A program made the translations under genes and the position numbers. A stretch of 64,000 bases of DNA from Sphyrna mokarran (taxonomy: Eukaryota): positions 53,816,001-53,880,000 of the forward strand of contig JAGIQG010000009.1 in assembly GCA_024679065.1 (NCBI GenBank). The letters run 5' to 3'. The number at the start of each line of letters is the position of its first letter. Position 1 is the first letter of the stretch. This document shows, piece after piece, positions 48,831 through 60,944 of this stretch. The notes under the pieces are model-generated. The model was given only the letters and a program-made list of their open reading frames with translations. It made no database searches and had not been told where the DNA came from.

Positions 48831-49374
48831 ATCCCACCCAGGCCCAATCCCCATAACTTCTCACTAGACTCCCTGACACTAAGGGGCATTTTGGAATGGT
48901 CAATCAACCTAACTCACATGTCCCTGGACTGTGGGAAGAAATTGGAGCACCCGGGGGAAACCCATGGAGACAAGGGGAGAATGTGCGAACTCCACACAGA
49001 CAGTGACCCAAGCTGGGAATTGAACCCCTGGCACTGTGAGGTAGCAGTGCTAACCTAACTATGCTGCCATGTCACCTTCCTATTGCTTTCCATTTCAACA
49101 CACCATCCTGTACTCATAGCACGTCTGCCCTTGCCTGCTGCAATGTTCTCACGAGTCCCCACGCAAACTGGAGGAACAGCACCTTATCTTCTGATTAGAC
49201 ACTTTACAGCCTTCTGGACTGAAAATTGAATTCAGCGACTTCAGAACTTAAACTCTGTCCTCCAATTCCACACCATTTCCATTTATTTTATTTCATTTCT
49301 CCTTCTCATCTTATTAATACACTTTTATTACTTTATGCGGGTGACACTTTATTTTTAAGCAGTGAGCTCTAGAT

Positions 49375-50710
49375 CAAGATTCTCCCACAAGAGGAAACAT
49401 CCTGTCCACATCCACCCTGTCAACACCCTCTCAGGATCTTACATATCACCTTTTAGACAATTCTTACTATTCTAAACTCCAGCAGGCACCAGGCTAGCTG
49501 TCCAAACTTTCCTTATAAAGCATCGTGTCCATTTCCAGGAATGGGCACATTCCAGGAAAAGTTATTTGAACTGCTTCCATTGCATTTACATACTTCTTTA
49601 AATGTGATGAGTAATATTGTATACAGTAATCCAATGTAGTCTCACGGGTACTCTGTATAACTGAAGCATAGTGTCTCTGCTTTTGTATTCAATTCCTCTC
49701 ACAATAAATTATAACGCTCCATTAGCTTTCCTAATTACTTGCTGTACCAGCATACTAGCCTTTCTTGATTTATGCATTGGATATCCAGATCCCCCTGCGT
49801 CTCCAAACTCTGCAATCGCTCATTATTTAGATAATATGTTTTTATTCTTTCTGTCAAAATGCACAATTTCACATTTTCCCACAGTATATTCCATTTACCA
49901 GATATTTGCACACACACTTGACAATATCTTTTTGTAGCCTTATCGTGGTCTCTTCACAGCTTACTTTTCTACCCATCTTTGTGCCATAAGCAAATTTGGT
50001 AACCATTCCCTCAATTCCTTCATCCAAGTTATTTATACAAATTGCAATCAGTTGAGATTCCAGCACTGATCACTGTGGCACACCATTCATTACATCGAGC
50101 TAACTTGACAACCAGCCAAACTTCTATCCATACCAATGTAGTACCCCTATATTATGAGCTTTGATTTTCCACAATAGCCTTTGATATGACACTTCAAAAG
50201 CCTTCTGGACACTTTAGTACAGTACATCCATCGGTTCTCCTTTAACAAAAGCACATGTGACTACCTTAAAAAACTCCAAGTTCTATTGGCTAAACATGAT
50301 TTCCCTTCCACAAAACCATTTGGACTCAGTCTGATTACCATGAGCTTATCCAAGTGTTCTGCTATAGCTTCTTTAATAAAAGCTTCTAACATTTGCTGTC
50401 TGAGAGATGTTGATTCTCACTATCTCCTCTGTTTTTGAATAATGGAGTTACATTTGCTATCTTCAAATCCACTGGGACCTTCTGCAGATCTAGGGAGTTT
50501 TGAAAAACTTAAACCAATGCTTCAACTATCTCACTAGTCTCTTCTTTAAGAGTCTTGGATGAAGTCCATCAGAACTCAGCACTTATCAGCCTGCAGCTCC
50601 ACATATCACTTAGTATCGCTTCCCTGGTGACTGTAATTTTCCTCAGTTCCTCCCTCCCTTCCATTTCCTGATTAATAGCTATTTCTGGTATGTTTTATTG
50701 CCTGTTCTCA
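49375..50710 (-). mobile_element. Degenerate CR1 RT fragment
   Basis: INNLDEGIEGMVTKFAYGTKMG is a decayed FADDTK motif. Confidence 0.8.
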
Positions 50711-51429
50711 GACTGAATTTATTAATTTATGTCCTGTGCTGTATTCAACATTATTTTTGCACCTCGGAATATAATGGTTTCCCTCATCTGTACTTTTCAT
50801 GACTAAAGTCAGTCCAGCTCTGAACCAAGGGAGTGACTGCAAACTGCTGTCACATTTTAATGACTCTGTCTTAACTTCCCAGTGCCACACGCTCCTTGAG
50901 CTCCTGCTGCTGGAAAGGATATGATGCTGTTGTGGGTGGGAGTTTTCCTAATAATATTTACAGCACAATTGGAATTTGTAACGTTCCATGCCAGAAGCTT
51001 AAATTCAGGGTTGTTGAGTTATCAGCTTTTTCTGAAATGGTTTTTGCTACTTTTCTCATGGTTGTTACCTGTGTTGCAACTCCAAGTTCACCGCTCAATA
51101 TTTTGTGCTGACGTGAGACTTTCTGGCCTTGTCATCACCTCACTTTTGATCCTTTCTATTGGACCACACACACCAATAACTCCACGTTTATCACCATGCA
51201 TCTTTAATGTGATAATTGGGAAGCAGATAGAAAACTACAAATGCTGCAAGTGTGAAAGAAAAACAGGAAACGCAAGAAATACATGATAGACCTACCAGCA
51301 GCGGTAAATAGCAAACCCATTTTAATTAGATTGTCAACTTTCTTCCGAACTGGAAAGTGAGCAAGTCCCTTTGAAGAGTAGAAATCTGGGGAAAAAAGAA
51401 TTTGGGGGAAAAAGGCACAATAGATAAGT

Positions 51430-51650
51430 TTTACTGTGAAAATCACCTAATTACCACACTCCAGCGCCTGTTTGGATATACTGAAGGAAATTTAGCAAGG
51501 CCAATGCATCTAACTAGCACATCTTTCACACTTTCAAACCGAAGCACCAGGAGGAAACACAGGCAGGCATGGGGAAAATGTGCAAACTCCACACAGACAG
51601 CGACCCAAGTTAGGAATTGAACCCAGGTCCCTGGAACTGTGAGGCAATAG
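51430..51650 (-). mobile_element. HE1-type V-SINE
   Basis: V-domain and B box on the minus strand. Confidence 0.78.
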
Positions 51651-52569
51651 TCATTAAGAGGACATTAATGGGTTTAGAGAGCCTGAAAAGAACATCACTA
51701 TGGTAGACTGCATTTATTTTGGCAGAAAATAGCTATGGGATATCCCAAGTTGTGAAGAATGTTACATACATGTGTGATCTTCTTTCATTCTTTTACTCAG
51801 CGGAGGAAATGGAGTGTGTCAAATAATATAAATGACCAGAAGATCAAATGATGAAGGGCTTGAGATCAAAAGTAGAAGTGACTGCAAATATTCAGAAGAT
51901 CAGGCAGAGTCTGGTGAGAGAGAAGCAAAGCTAATGTTTCAGGTTGGTTTACCTTCCTGAAAATTGAGTTCAGTGAGGTAATGAAAGGGATTAAAAGAGC
52001 AACAGATGCTGTGAACAGTGAAAATCAAAGGAATGGCATGAGGTGGGGAACAAAAAACAGGTAATTCCAGAATCATAGTAACTTTGCCAATCCCTAAAAG
52101 AGAGAATGTGTATGAAGACACTTTTGACACGGAAGCCTATAGCACAGCTGCTCTCTAAGTGAATGTCGAGGCTGCCTCCCAAATCCTCACAAATCACAAA
52201 ATAATTAAAACAGACTTTCATAAACAAACCTCAAAACAAACTGAGCTGAATGCAGCTCAGTTGTCTGAGAGATTGTAAATTGACTGGATTACATTTAAAG
52301 CGGTCTGTCTGCTCTAAATGGATGATTTTAAACTTATTTTACTTATTCCACTGATTATCTTTTAGATGAAGAAGCTTTTCATTGCAAAATCTAATTTCAT
52401 CATGTAACTTTTAAATGTTGTCATTTTCCTCTCCACAATGTCAGGAGATACACATTTTCACATGCAGCGCATTGCACTCTAGGTCGTTTTCCTAGCAAAT
52501 CACTACAGGGATATTATTCTGATTCACAACTCCCTACCAGAAGAAGCAACTGGATGCACTCTAGATGGT

Positions 52570-53000
52570 TACTGGAGTTGAGAGGGTTGGCTTATGAGGA
52601 GAGACTGACTAGACTGGGACTATATTCATTGGAAATTAGAAAAATGAGGGGGGATCTTATAGAAACATATAAAATTATGAAGGGAAAAAGATAGAAGCAG
52701 GGAGATTGTTTCAACTGGTGGAAACAAGAACCAGGGGGCATTACCTCAAAATAAGGGAGAGCAGATTTAGGTATGAATTAACAATGAATTTCTTCACACA
52801 ATGGGTTGTGAATCTGTGAAATTTCCTGCCCAGTGAAGCAATTGAGGCTACCTCATTGAATGGTTTTAAGGCAAAGATAGATAGATCTTTGAACAGTAAA
52901 GGAATTAAGGGTTATGGTGAGCGGGTAGGTAAGTGGAGCGGAGTCCACGCAAATATCAGCCATGGTTTTATTGGCTGATTCCTGTTTCTAGTTCTTCTTT
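52570..53000 (+). mobile_element. CR1 3' end, same subfamily as 16260-16725
   Basis: Collinear high similarity to 16270-16720. Confidence 0.8.
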
Positions 53001-53248
53001 TCAGCCCTTCATTCCCATCTGCGAGTACCCCACCTATTTAATACCAACTCAACATTCACAAGTTGATTCCCTGCCTTCCAAGGACCTTTCTCATGTCAAA
53101 GCTTTAACATTTTCCAAATGAATAGAGGCAATGGAGCACTTTAAAAATGTGAACACCAGCCAGTGCAGGAGGTCATAATAATTGAAGAAATGAATGCGAA
53201 CTTCAATGGTCTGCTGACATTTCTACTCCAAACTTTTTCTCACAATTT

Positions 53249-55016
53249 GCAGCAACACCCGCATCCTGTGAAAGAATTTAAAAAACCCAGAAACACTGGG
53301 AGTTGTGGTCTTCAACCTGCATCTAGGCAGTCCTTAGGTGATAGTTGGTCTTTAGATATGTGTGAAAGCAGCATCTGATGGATTAACTATCCATTGAAGG
53401 ATAGTTAGTCTATCAAACTACTGAATGTCTGTAGTTCAGTAGTTTACTGAAGGTTGCTCAGCAGACCAGCTGTGATTTTGATCCAGCAACAGTGAAGAGG
53501 TAGCAATATAATACCTTTCTATTGGACCACAGGTAGTGGTGTTTCCATACATTTGCTGCTCTTGTACCTGGCGATAGTTATGGGTTTGTCAGGTACTGTC
53601 AAAGAAACCGGGGTGAATTGTTGGGAGTGTCTTCATTTTAGTCTTGTGACCCTCTGAACTATTTCAAATGCATCAGGATCCATTAGAGAGGATCCAAAAT
53701 GTCGCAGAAGATCATGAGTGGGACTATGCCCACAAGGACTTTGATTCCAACTTGCACCCTTCATTGTTCAGTGCTTGATTAACTTTATTCATTGCAGCTT
53801 CACACCGACTGGAATTTTCCAGTGAATAATCAAACATTGCACCCATACCCTTTTCCTTTTCCATCACTGCCAACTTGAGATGATTTTGTCACTGGGTGAA
53901 CATTGATCTGATGTTACTTTGATAACCTGAAGTTTTTCTATTGGCACAGTATAGTAAAGCTGTTAGAGTTTGCGTGCTTATGATCCAAATGGAATGGATT
54001 GGTTACAGCAGACTAAGTGGAGATAAATCATTAAACTGCAGTGACAAATAAACACAGGAAATGACCATAAAGCTATGTGGCGGGTAAATCTAATGGGCAT
54101 TAGTTTAAAGTACGCAGCAGTATTATTGAAGTTGTGCTGTAACTTGGGAAACACAGTGAATGAATACTATTTGCAATTAAATGTTGTTTCCCTTTGTTGA
54201 GGCATTATAAATTGTTGAGTATTTTAGTTTCATGTAACTAATGGAAAACATCATTAGAAAAATCTTTATCCAGGTTTGCCAATAAAATCGACAGGATGTG
54301 CCGCAACAGCTGTGGAATTGCCCAGAATCTCATATTACAGACCTGCGGAAACCATCTGTAAGCTTTCGCTAACTAGGGCAGCACAGGCTGTAGCTTCAGC
54401 AAAGACTTTGTGGCAGATTTCTTATTGCTCGAGAATGTCCAAGCTGTGAATGATTTCATCATCTTCTGTGGGTCTTCTCCTGGCTAAAGAATCACGGGGG
54501 ATTGGCAAGGACATAATATTAACAGCGGTTCTCCTTTAGACCTCATTTTATCTGCTTCTCTTATCAGCCCATTTGATTGGCACTTTATTGCATCTTCAAC
54601 ATACGCTCCCAACAAGCTGCATTGCAACAATTCACCCCAGTTTCTTTGACAGTACCTGACAAATGCATAACTATCACCAAGTACAAGAGCAGCAGATGTA
54701 TGGAAACACCACTACTTTGGTCCAATAGAAAGGAAGTATATTGCCACCTCTTCACTGTTGCTGGATCAAAATCATAGCTGGTCTGCTGAGCAACCTTCAG
54801 TAAACTACTGAACTACAGACATTCAGTAGTCTGATGGACTAACTATCGTTCAGTGGATAGTTAGTCCATCAGATGCTGCTGCTGACTTTGATGCTGCTTT
54901 CGTACATATCTAAAGACCAACTACCACCTAAAGACTACCTAGAAGCAGGTTGAAGACCACAACCCCCAGTGTTTCTGGGTTTTTTAAATTCTTTCATAGG
55001 ATGCAGGTGTTGCTGC
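53249..55016. repeat. Long inverted repeat: arms 53249-53623 and 54625-55016 around a ~1 kb unique spacer
   Basis: The arms align in reverse complement along their whole length, with scattered substitutions and one ~17-bp indel. Confidence 0.9.
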
Positions 55017-55019
55017 TAG

Positions 55020-55730
55020 GCCTGCATTTATTACCCATCCCTAATTGCCCTTGAAAAGGTAGTGGTAAGTTGCCTTCTGGAGGTGCTGCAGTATGTGGTG
55101 CAGGGAGACTCGCAGTGCTGTTAGTCCAGGATTTTGATCCAGCAACAGTGAAGAAATGGCAATATAATTCCAAAATGGTGTGTGGTTTGCAGTGGAGCTT
55201 GCAGGTGGTGGTGTTTCCATGCATCTGCTGCTCTGGTACTTATAGTAGCAATGAAGGTTTGGAAGGTCCTGTTAAAGAAACCGTGGTGAGTTGTTGCAAT
55301 GCAGCTTGTTGGGAGTGTCTGTTGAAGGTGGTAGATGAGGTGCCAATCAAGTGGGCTGCTTTGTCTTGAATGGTGATGAGCTTGCAGCGTGTTGGGCAAT
55401 CCAGACAAGTGCAGCATATTCCATCACACTCCTGAACTATGCATTTTAGGTGGTGGATAGGCTCTGGTAAGTCAGGAGGCAAATTACCCACCACAGAATT
55501 CCTAGCCTTTGACCTGCGCCTGTAGCCGCACAGTCTAGTTCAGTTCCTGGTCAATGATAACACCAAGAGTGTTGATAGTGGGGGAATTAATAAAAGTAAA
55601 TGTCAAGACGAAATAGACAGATTCTCTGTTGTTGGCGATTGTCGTTGTCGGCCATTTTTGTGGCACAAATGTTATTTGCCACTAATCAGCCAAAGCCTGA
55701 AAATTATCCGGGTCTTTCTGAATATGGGCA
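55020..55730 (-). mobile_element. Non-LTR retrotransposon RT C-terminus and 3' end (CR1/L2 group, clade not resolved)
   Basis: IQDKAAHLIGTSSTTFNRHS on the minus strand, plus the GGGTAATAAATGCAGGCC tail. Confidence 0.65.
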
Positions 55731-56384
55731 CAGTCTTCTTCTTGGGGTGGCAGAGTAGCACAGTGGGTTCACACTGCTGTTTTACAGTGCCAGGGACCTG
55801 GGTTCAATTCCCTGCTTGGTTACTGTCTGTGCACATTCTCCCTGTGTCTGTGTAAACCTAAAGGATATGAATTATGGCCTAGAATCTACGATCTAATATA
55901 CTCATAAACTCCCATTTTAAACCACAGGTGCACCATAAATTGTGACTAAATTCAGGAACAGAATATCTTTGCCATACCTTCAGCCTTCAAAATTTGATTC
56001 ACTCCTTTGTCTTGGAAGTTTTATCTTATACTTAACCACTTCTACTTTTCTATTTTTATGAAAATCTGTACAATTTCCAATTATCTGCTAACCATTTCTC
56101 ATATTCCGCTTTAATTTTTTTTTAATTCCCCTTTTAATTTCCCTGTTAGCTTTTCTGTATTCTTCAAGATTTTCTTTAGCATTACTTATCCTAATGATAT
56201 CACTTGACCTTTCTTAATTTAGTTGTAATTTTTTAATTTATTGAACTTCATTATTGCAATTCCCTCCCAATTATTGCCATTTTCAAACTTTTTATTTTCT
56301 ATCTTCTTTTCATTTGAACATGTGCATAGGTCAGTTTGCCAAATATTCTATCCAGTTAATTTGGTCAGTCCAAAGCCCATCTCT

Positions 56385-56710
56385 GTTATAGATAGGGCTG
56401 ACAGTCAGCACCTTTTTCCCAGAGTTGAAATGTCTAATATTAGAGGGCATACATTTAAGATGAGAGGGGCAAGTTTTTTTTTACACAGAATGATTGGTAT
56501 CAGGAACACACGGCCAGGGATAGTGGTGCAGGCAGTTACAATAGAGGCATTTAAGGGGCTTTTAGATAAGCATATGAACATGCAAAAAACAAAGGGATAT
56601 GGACCAAAGGCGAGCAGACGGGCTTAGTTTAATTTGGCGCCATTGTTCAACACAATATCATAGGCTGAAGGGCCTGTTGCCAAGCTGCACTGGTCTATGT
56701 TCCATATTCT
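56385..56710 (+). mobile_element. CR1 3' end
   Basis: DRADSQHLFPRVEMSNIRGHTFKMRG...AFKGLLDKHM. Confidence 0.8.
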
Positions 56711-57034
56711 AAACGCAGAGAGATTCTGCCTAATTAGCTTCATGTTTGTCAGAGCCTCAAACATATGTGTGGGTAAATATCATGTTGTTTATAAATCACT
56801 GCACCAAAACTAGAAGTATGATTTAATCATGATTGCATGAGTTAAATTCCAATTTAACAAACTTTTCTGGGAATATTGACAGTGATTTTAAGAACATAAG
56901 AAATAGGAGCAGGAGTAGGCCATCCAGCCCTTTGAGCCTTTGATGATAGTGTTCCATAAATGTGGTCATTGCTGAGTAATGGCAGAACTTGATAGAGCAT
57001 CTAAATATTGTGCACTGACAGAATCTAATGGGGC

Positions 57035-57355
57035 AACATGGATAGAGGGATAAGCACTGCTATCTCATAACACCAAGAACCTGGATTCGATTCTGGCTTT
57101 GAGTGATTGTGTGGAGTTTGCACGTACTCCTCATGTCTTGCATGGGTTTCCTCTGAGTGCACTAGTTTCCTCCTACAGCCCAAAGATGTGCAGGCTGGAT
57201 AGATTGGGCATACTAAATTGCCCCTCAGTTGTCCAAAGACAGCCATGGTAAATGTGCAGGGTTATGGAGATAGGGTGGTGGGGTGGGCCTAGGTAAGATG
57301 ATCCATTAGAGAATCAGCAGACTTGATGGGCTGAATGACTTCCTTCTGTGGCTTT
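57035..57355 (+). mobile_element. HE1-type V-SINE
   Basis: B box GGATTCGATTCT, V-domain and tail. Confidence 0.78.
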
Positions 57356-57864
57356 ATGAAATCCAGGATGACCTACTTTCCGGAACTTTAGTTATATTTG
57401 CATAATGCTGATTTCATGACACCAAGAGACAGACGTTCCAGAGAATGGTCATATTGCTGTTTATGTGATCAATCTTATTGAAAATATATATCATAAGATT
57501 TTCTGCAAGGATGCAGAAGATAAAAAGATAACCATTGGAATTTAATTGTCGTGAGCTTCAAAAACCTTGCAGTTAATACCAAAATGTTAACTGGTCATTT
57601 TTTTGTCTTCTGCAGACAGATTCCCACATGAAACAGTGTGAATTTGTTCTGACAGAAACTCAAAGAACATCCCTGAGATACTGCTCTCCAAGCTTTCCAA
57701 TGAGTTGCAACCAGGTAATACCTATCCTGAGCAACAAAATGACTAAGAGATGTTGGGCGCCCAGTATTATTACATTGAGACTGTTTCCGCTTCTTCTGAT
57801 CTCACCATTGTTTTCTTAATTGCTAAACACCAGGAGCTGTTCAGATTGCCTTCACAAACCACAT

Positions 57865-58680
57865 GAGCATGAGAAATAGGAACAGGAATAGAACATACAG
57901 CCTGATAAGCCTGCTCTGCCATTCAATATGAAACCAGTTGATCTTGGGGCTTTGACTCCACTTTCCCACCTGTTTCTCATATCCCTTAATTTTCTAAGAG
58001 CCAAAAATCTGTCTATCCCAGTCTTAAGTATATTCAACAATGGGGCGTCCACAATGTTCTGGGACTGAGAATTCAAGAAGTTCCCTTTAGTGAAATAATT
58101 TCTTCTTATCTGAGTTCTAAACGATCAGCCCCTTATCCGAAGATTGTGCCCTGGTGTTTTAGATTCCCTGACCAGCGGATGCAATCTGTCAGCATTCACA
58201 CTATCAAGCCCCTTCAGAGTGTTGTAGGTTTCAATGAGACCACCTCTCGTTCTTCTAAACTCTAATTTATGTAGCCCCCATCACAGGACGAGACTCTCAC
58301 CGCAGACACCAACTTAATGAACCTTTGCTGTACTGCTGCTGACATGAATGAATCTTTTTTCAAATGTTGAGACCGAAATTGTACGTAGTATTTCAGAGAT
58401 GTTTTCATCAAAACCTGTATAAACTGTGCAGAAAGATTTCTTTATGCTCGTGTTTCAATCCTCTTGCAGTAAGGTCAAAATGTCATTTGCCTTCCTAATC
58501 ACTTGCTGCACCTGCATGCTAACTTTCTGCATTCCTCGTACCAGCCCACCCAAGTCTCTGAATATCAACATCTGGTTTCACATCTTTTAAACCATTCTGC
58601 TTTTCTATTCTTATGGCCAAAGTGAATAACTTCCTACATTTTACTCCTTTGCCATCTTGTTGCCCAATCATTTAAACTTG
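57865..58680 (-). mobile_element. Degenerate CR1 3' end
   Basis: LNILKTGIDRFL and a CR1 3'UTR hairpin. Confidence 0.72.
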
Positions 58681-59379
58681 CAGTAGGTACCGTTCCTATT
58701 TGTAACCACCTTGCCTCCCTAAGCATACATTATATTCAGTGGGTGGAATTAAATCCAGCACAGCACAATGGGAAAAATAATGGCCAAGGACAATAAATCA
58801 GATTCATAGCAATGGAAAAATGCCTCCACCCAAACTGCTTGCAGTAGGAAGGTAATGAGGCTCATTAATGAGCTTGTTAAAACCACTTAAAGATGAATTT
58901 ATCACAATTTCATGCTGACTGCCAAATTAAAAGTAAACCCCACAGTGAATCCATGGCTACTGTAACCCAATCAAAGGATTGTCCTGAGCTGGCCTGCTGT
59001 AAACATTAAATCTGTCTCAGTGCTTGCATCCAGGTTGAATAATTTGAAGCTTCACAGAACTGGCTAGAGTTTTGTGGGGGCAGGGCCTCTCATAGTTAGC
59101 TGTCAGAGGGCCACACTCTCATGGCAGGCTTACTTTGCAGGGAGTGACAATGGGGTTTAATTCACCAGGTATTGTTGAATCCATTTGGATTTGAAGGAAC
59201 ACATGTTGAGTGTCAGGACAAGGTTGCAGAGGCATCAGAACAGGTCCCCCAACAGAAGGTGCAGCAAGCAGTGTCAGACTTGTGTACAAGGTAGCAGGGG
59301 AATCGCAGAAAACAGTACTAGGCCCAACCTAGGGGTTTTAGGGGTTTATCTAAAGTAGAATGAGAGGCAGTGCCAACAG

Positions 59380-60300
59380 CAAGGCCAGCACTGCGCAATG
59401 CAGCCTCATGCGGAGTGTCAACATCATGGCAGTCACACTTAATATTAGCTACATTGAATTTCTATTCCATTAGCTCCTCCCAACGCTTGACCAGGGAGCT
59501 CTAAGGAATCTATGAATTCAGGCAATCGTCCACAACTGCATCAAGGTGATTGGTGCTCTATTCTAAGGCTGGTCACTTTGTGAAATATCAAACAGACTGG
59601 AACAGCCAGGTGGCACAGGCCATGGGCTTTGCAACTATGGCAGGGTTTCCAAAGTAAGAAGCCCCCATAACACCAGGTTTAACTCCAACCAGTTTATTTT
59701 GATAGCGGGATTACTATCAAATAAACAGGTTGGACTTAAACCTTCTTATAACTTATAAGAAGTCTTATAAGTTATAAGACTTCTTACTGTGTTTACCCCA
59801 GTCCAACACCGACATCTCTACATCTGGGTTTCCACACTACAGGGTGTGATCTACTGTACACATATCACCATTGGGAATTCTCTGACCAACCAGCTGCTTT
59901 TGTGAATCAGAAGGGGTTCTGCTGTTTAAATATCTGGATGGTGTGTAAATGCCAGAAAAGGATTCTTCAGGTTGTGTGTCAGATGTCCAGGCAGCAGCCT
60001 TACTGCCTACATACTGCAATATTCCTTCATGTTACAGTTGTTCACTCCACAGCAACAGCTCAATATGTGAATTCTTGGGCACCAGGGATATCCATTCTGG
60101 ACCATGATGTCTTCGAGAAATCGCCACACTGAAGAGGAGGAAAGGCATAATGCCAATCACAGCAAAGCGTGGGTCCTATAGAGCAAATGATAGAGTTACT
60201 GAAGATGCATTTTGATGGACTGGTCAGATAAGAAGAGGCTGACCCCCAGAAAGGGGTCCCATGCATGGTGTGGTGTGCTGCAACCTCCACAATTTGACTT
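59380..60300 (+). mobile_element. PIF/Harbinger (HARBI1-like) DDE transposase pseudogene remnant
   Basis: AMGFATMAGFP|TLQGVIYCTHI, FVNQKGFCCLNIWMVC, LGHQGYP, EERHNANH...IEQMIELLKMHF and CCNLHNL match the HARBI1-family motif order. Confidence 0.82.
59652..59825. mobile_element. Fold-back family A Penelope terminal-repeat insertion with a perfect 9-bp TSD
   Basis: GGGTTTCCA at 59643-59651 and 59826-59834. Removing the insert restores GFPTLQG of the transposase. Confidence 0.85.
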
Positions 60301-60944
60301 GATAAAGGAAAGAACACCTGAGAAAACCCAGATGAGGTCACTGGGGAGGCAGAGATTGACAAAGGAACATCAACATTCACGTGGTGCAGATGCTTGAGGG
60401 GTGGAGACCAATGCAAGGGAAGCACAAAACAACTTTATCCCACTATCTCAATCTCAGCATCCAAGATGGAGCGAGCATCCTGCTTCCCTACTTACTCCAC
60501 TACTTTTATCATGGTATCAGCAGGGTGTCTGGCACTCTCCTCTCTCCCTTGTCCTGTAAGCTTAAGAGGAAAGCAGGTGAGGATTCAAGTGCTACTGAGG
60601 AGAATCACTTCCATTTCTACTAGAGGAGTGCCATGAGGCTTATGGTACCAGCTGTCCTTCTAAATCTTATGTACTCAAGAAAGGTGGGTGATTGGGGAGA
60701 GGAAGAAGCAGATTCCTATCGCACACACACATAGCGAATGTGAGGGGCACAGGCCCACATCACAGTCATCCAAGTGTGCAATAACGGAGTGAACCTTCTG
60801 TCCCTGCCCATCCTCAATTATGATTTTTCTCAAATGACGCTCACATCCCATAAATGTACAAACTATAAGTGGAAGTTTTGGCCTCAATCTTTCAAACTTT
60901 TTTATAGCCAAAGGAATGGTGTCAATGTAATGAGGGGGTGCAAA

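Larger units (their letters stand above)
47995..49255 (+). mobile_element. Degenerate Penelope-like GIY-YIG remnant split by nested SINE insertions (48188-49072)
   Basis: STFPCNHRKNNACP...TIPGPK on the left. LPIAFHFN...RKLEEQHLIF*LDTLQPSGLKIEFSDFR on the right. Confidence 0.75.

Noticed and set aside
59380-60300. Domesticated HARBI1 gene
   Set aside because: Frameshifts, stops, degenerate catalytic Asp motifs and a TE insertion show it is a dead transposon copy.
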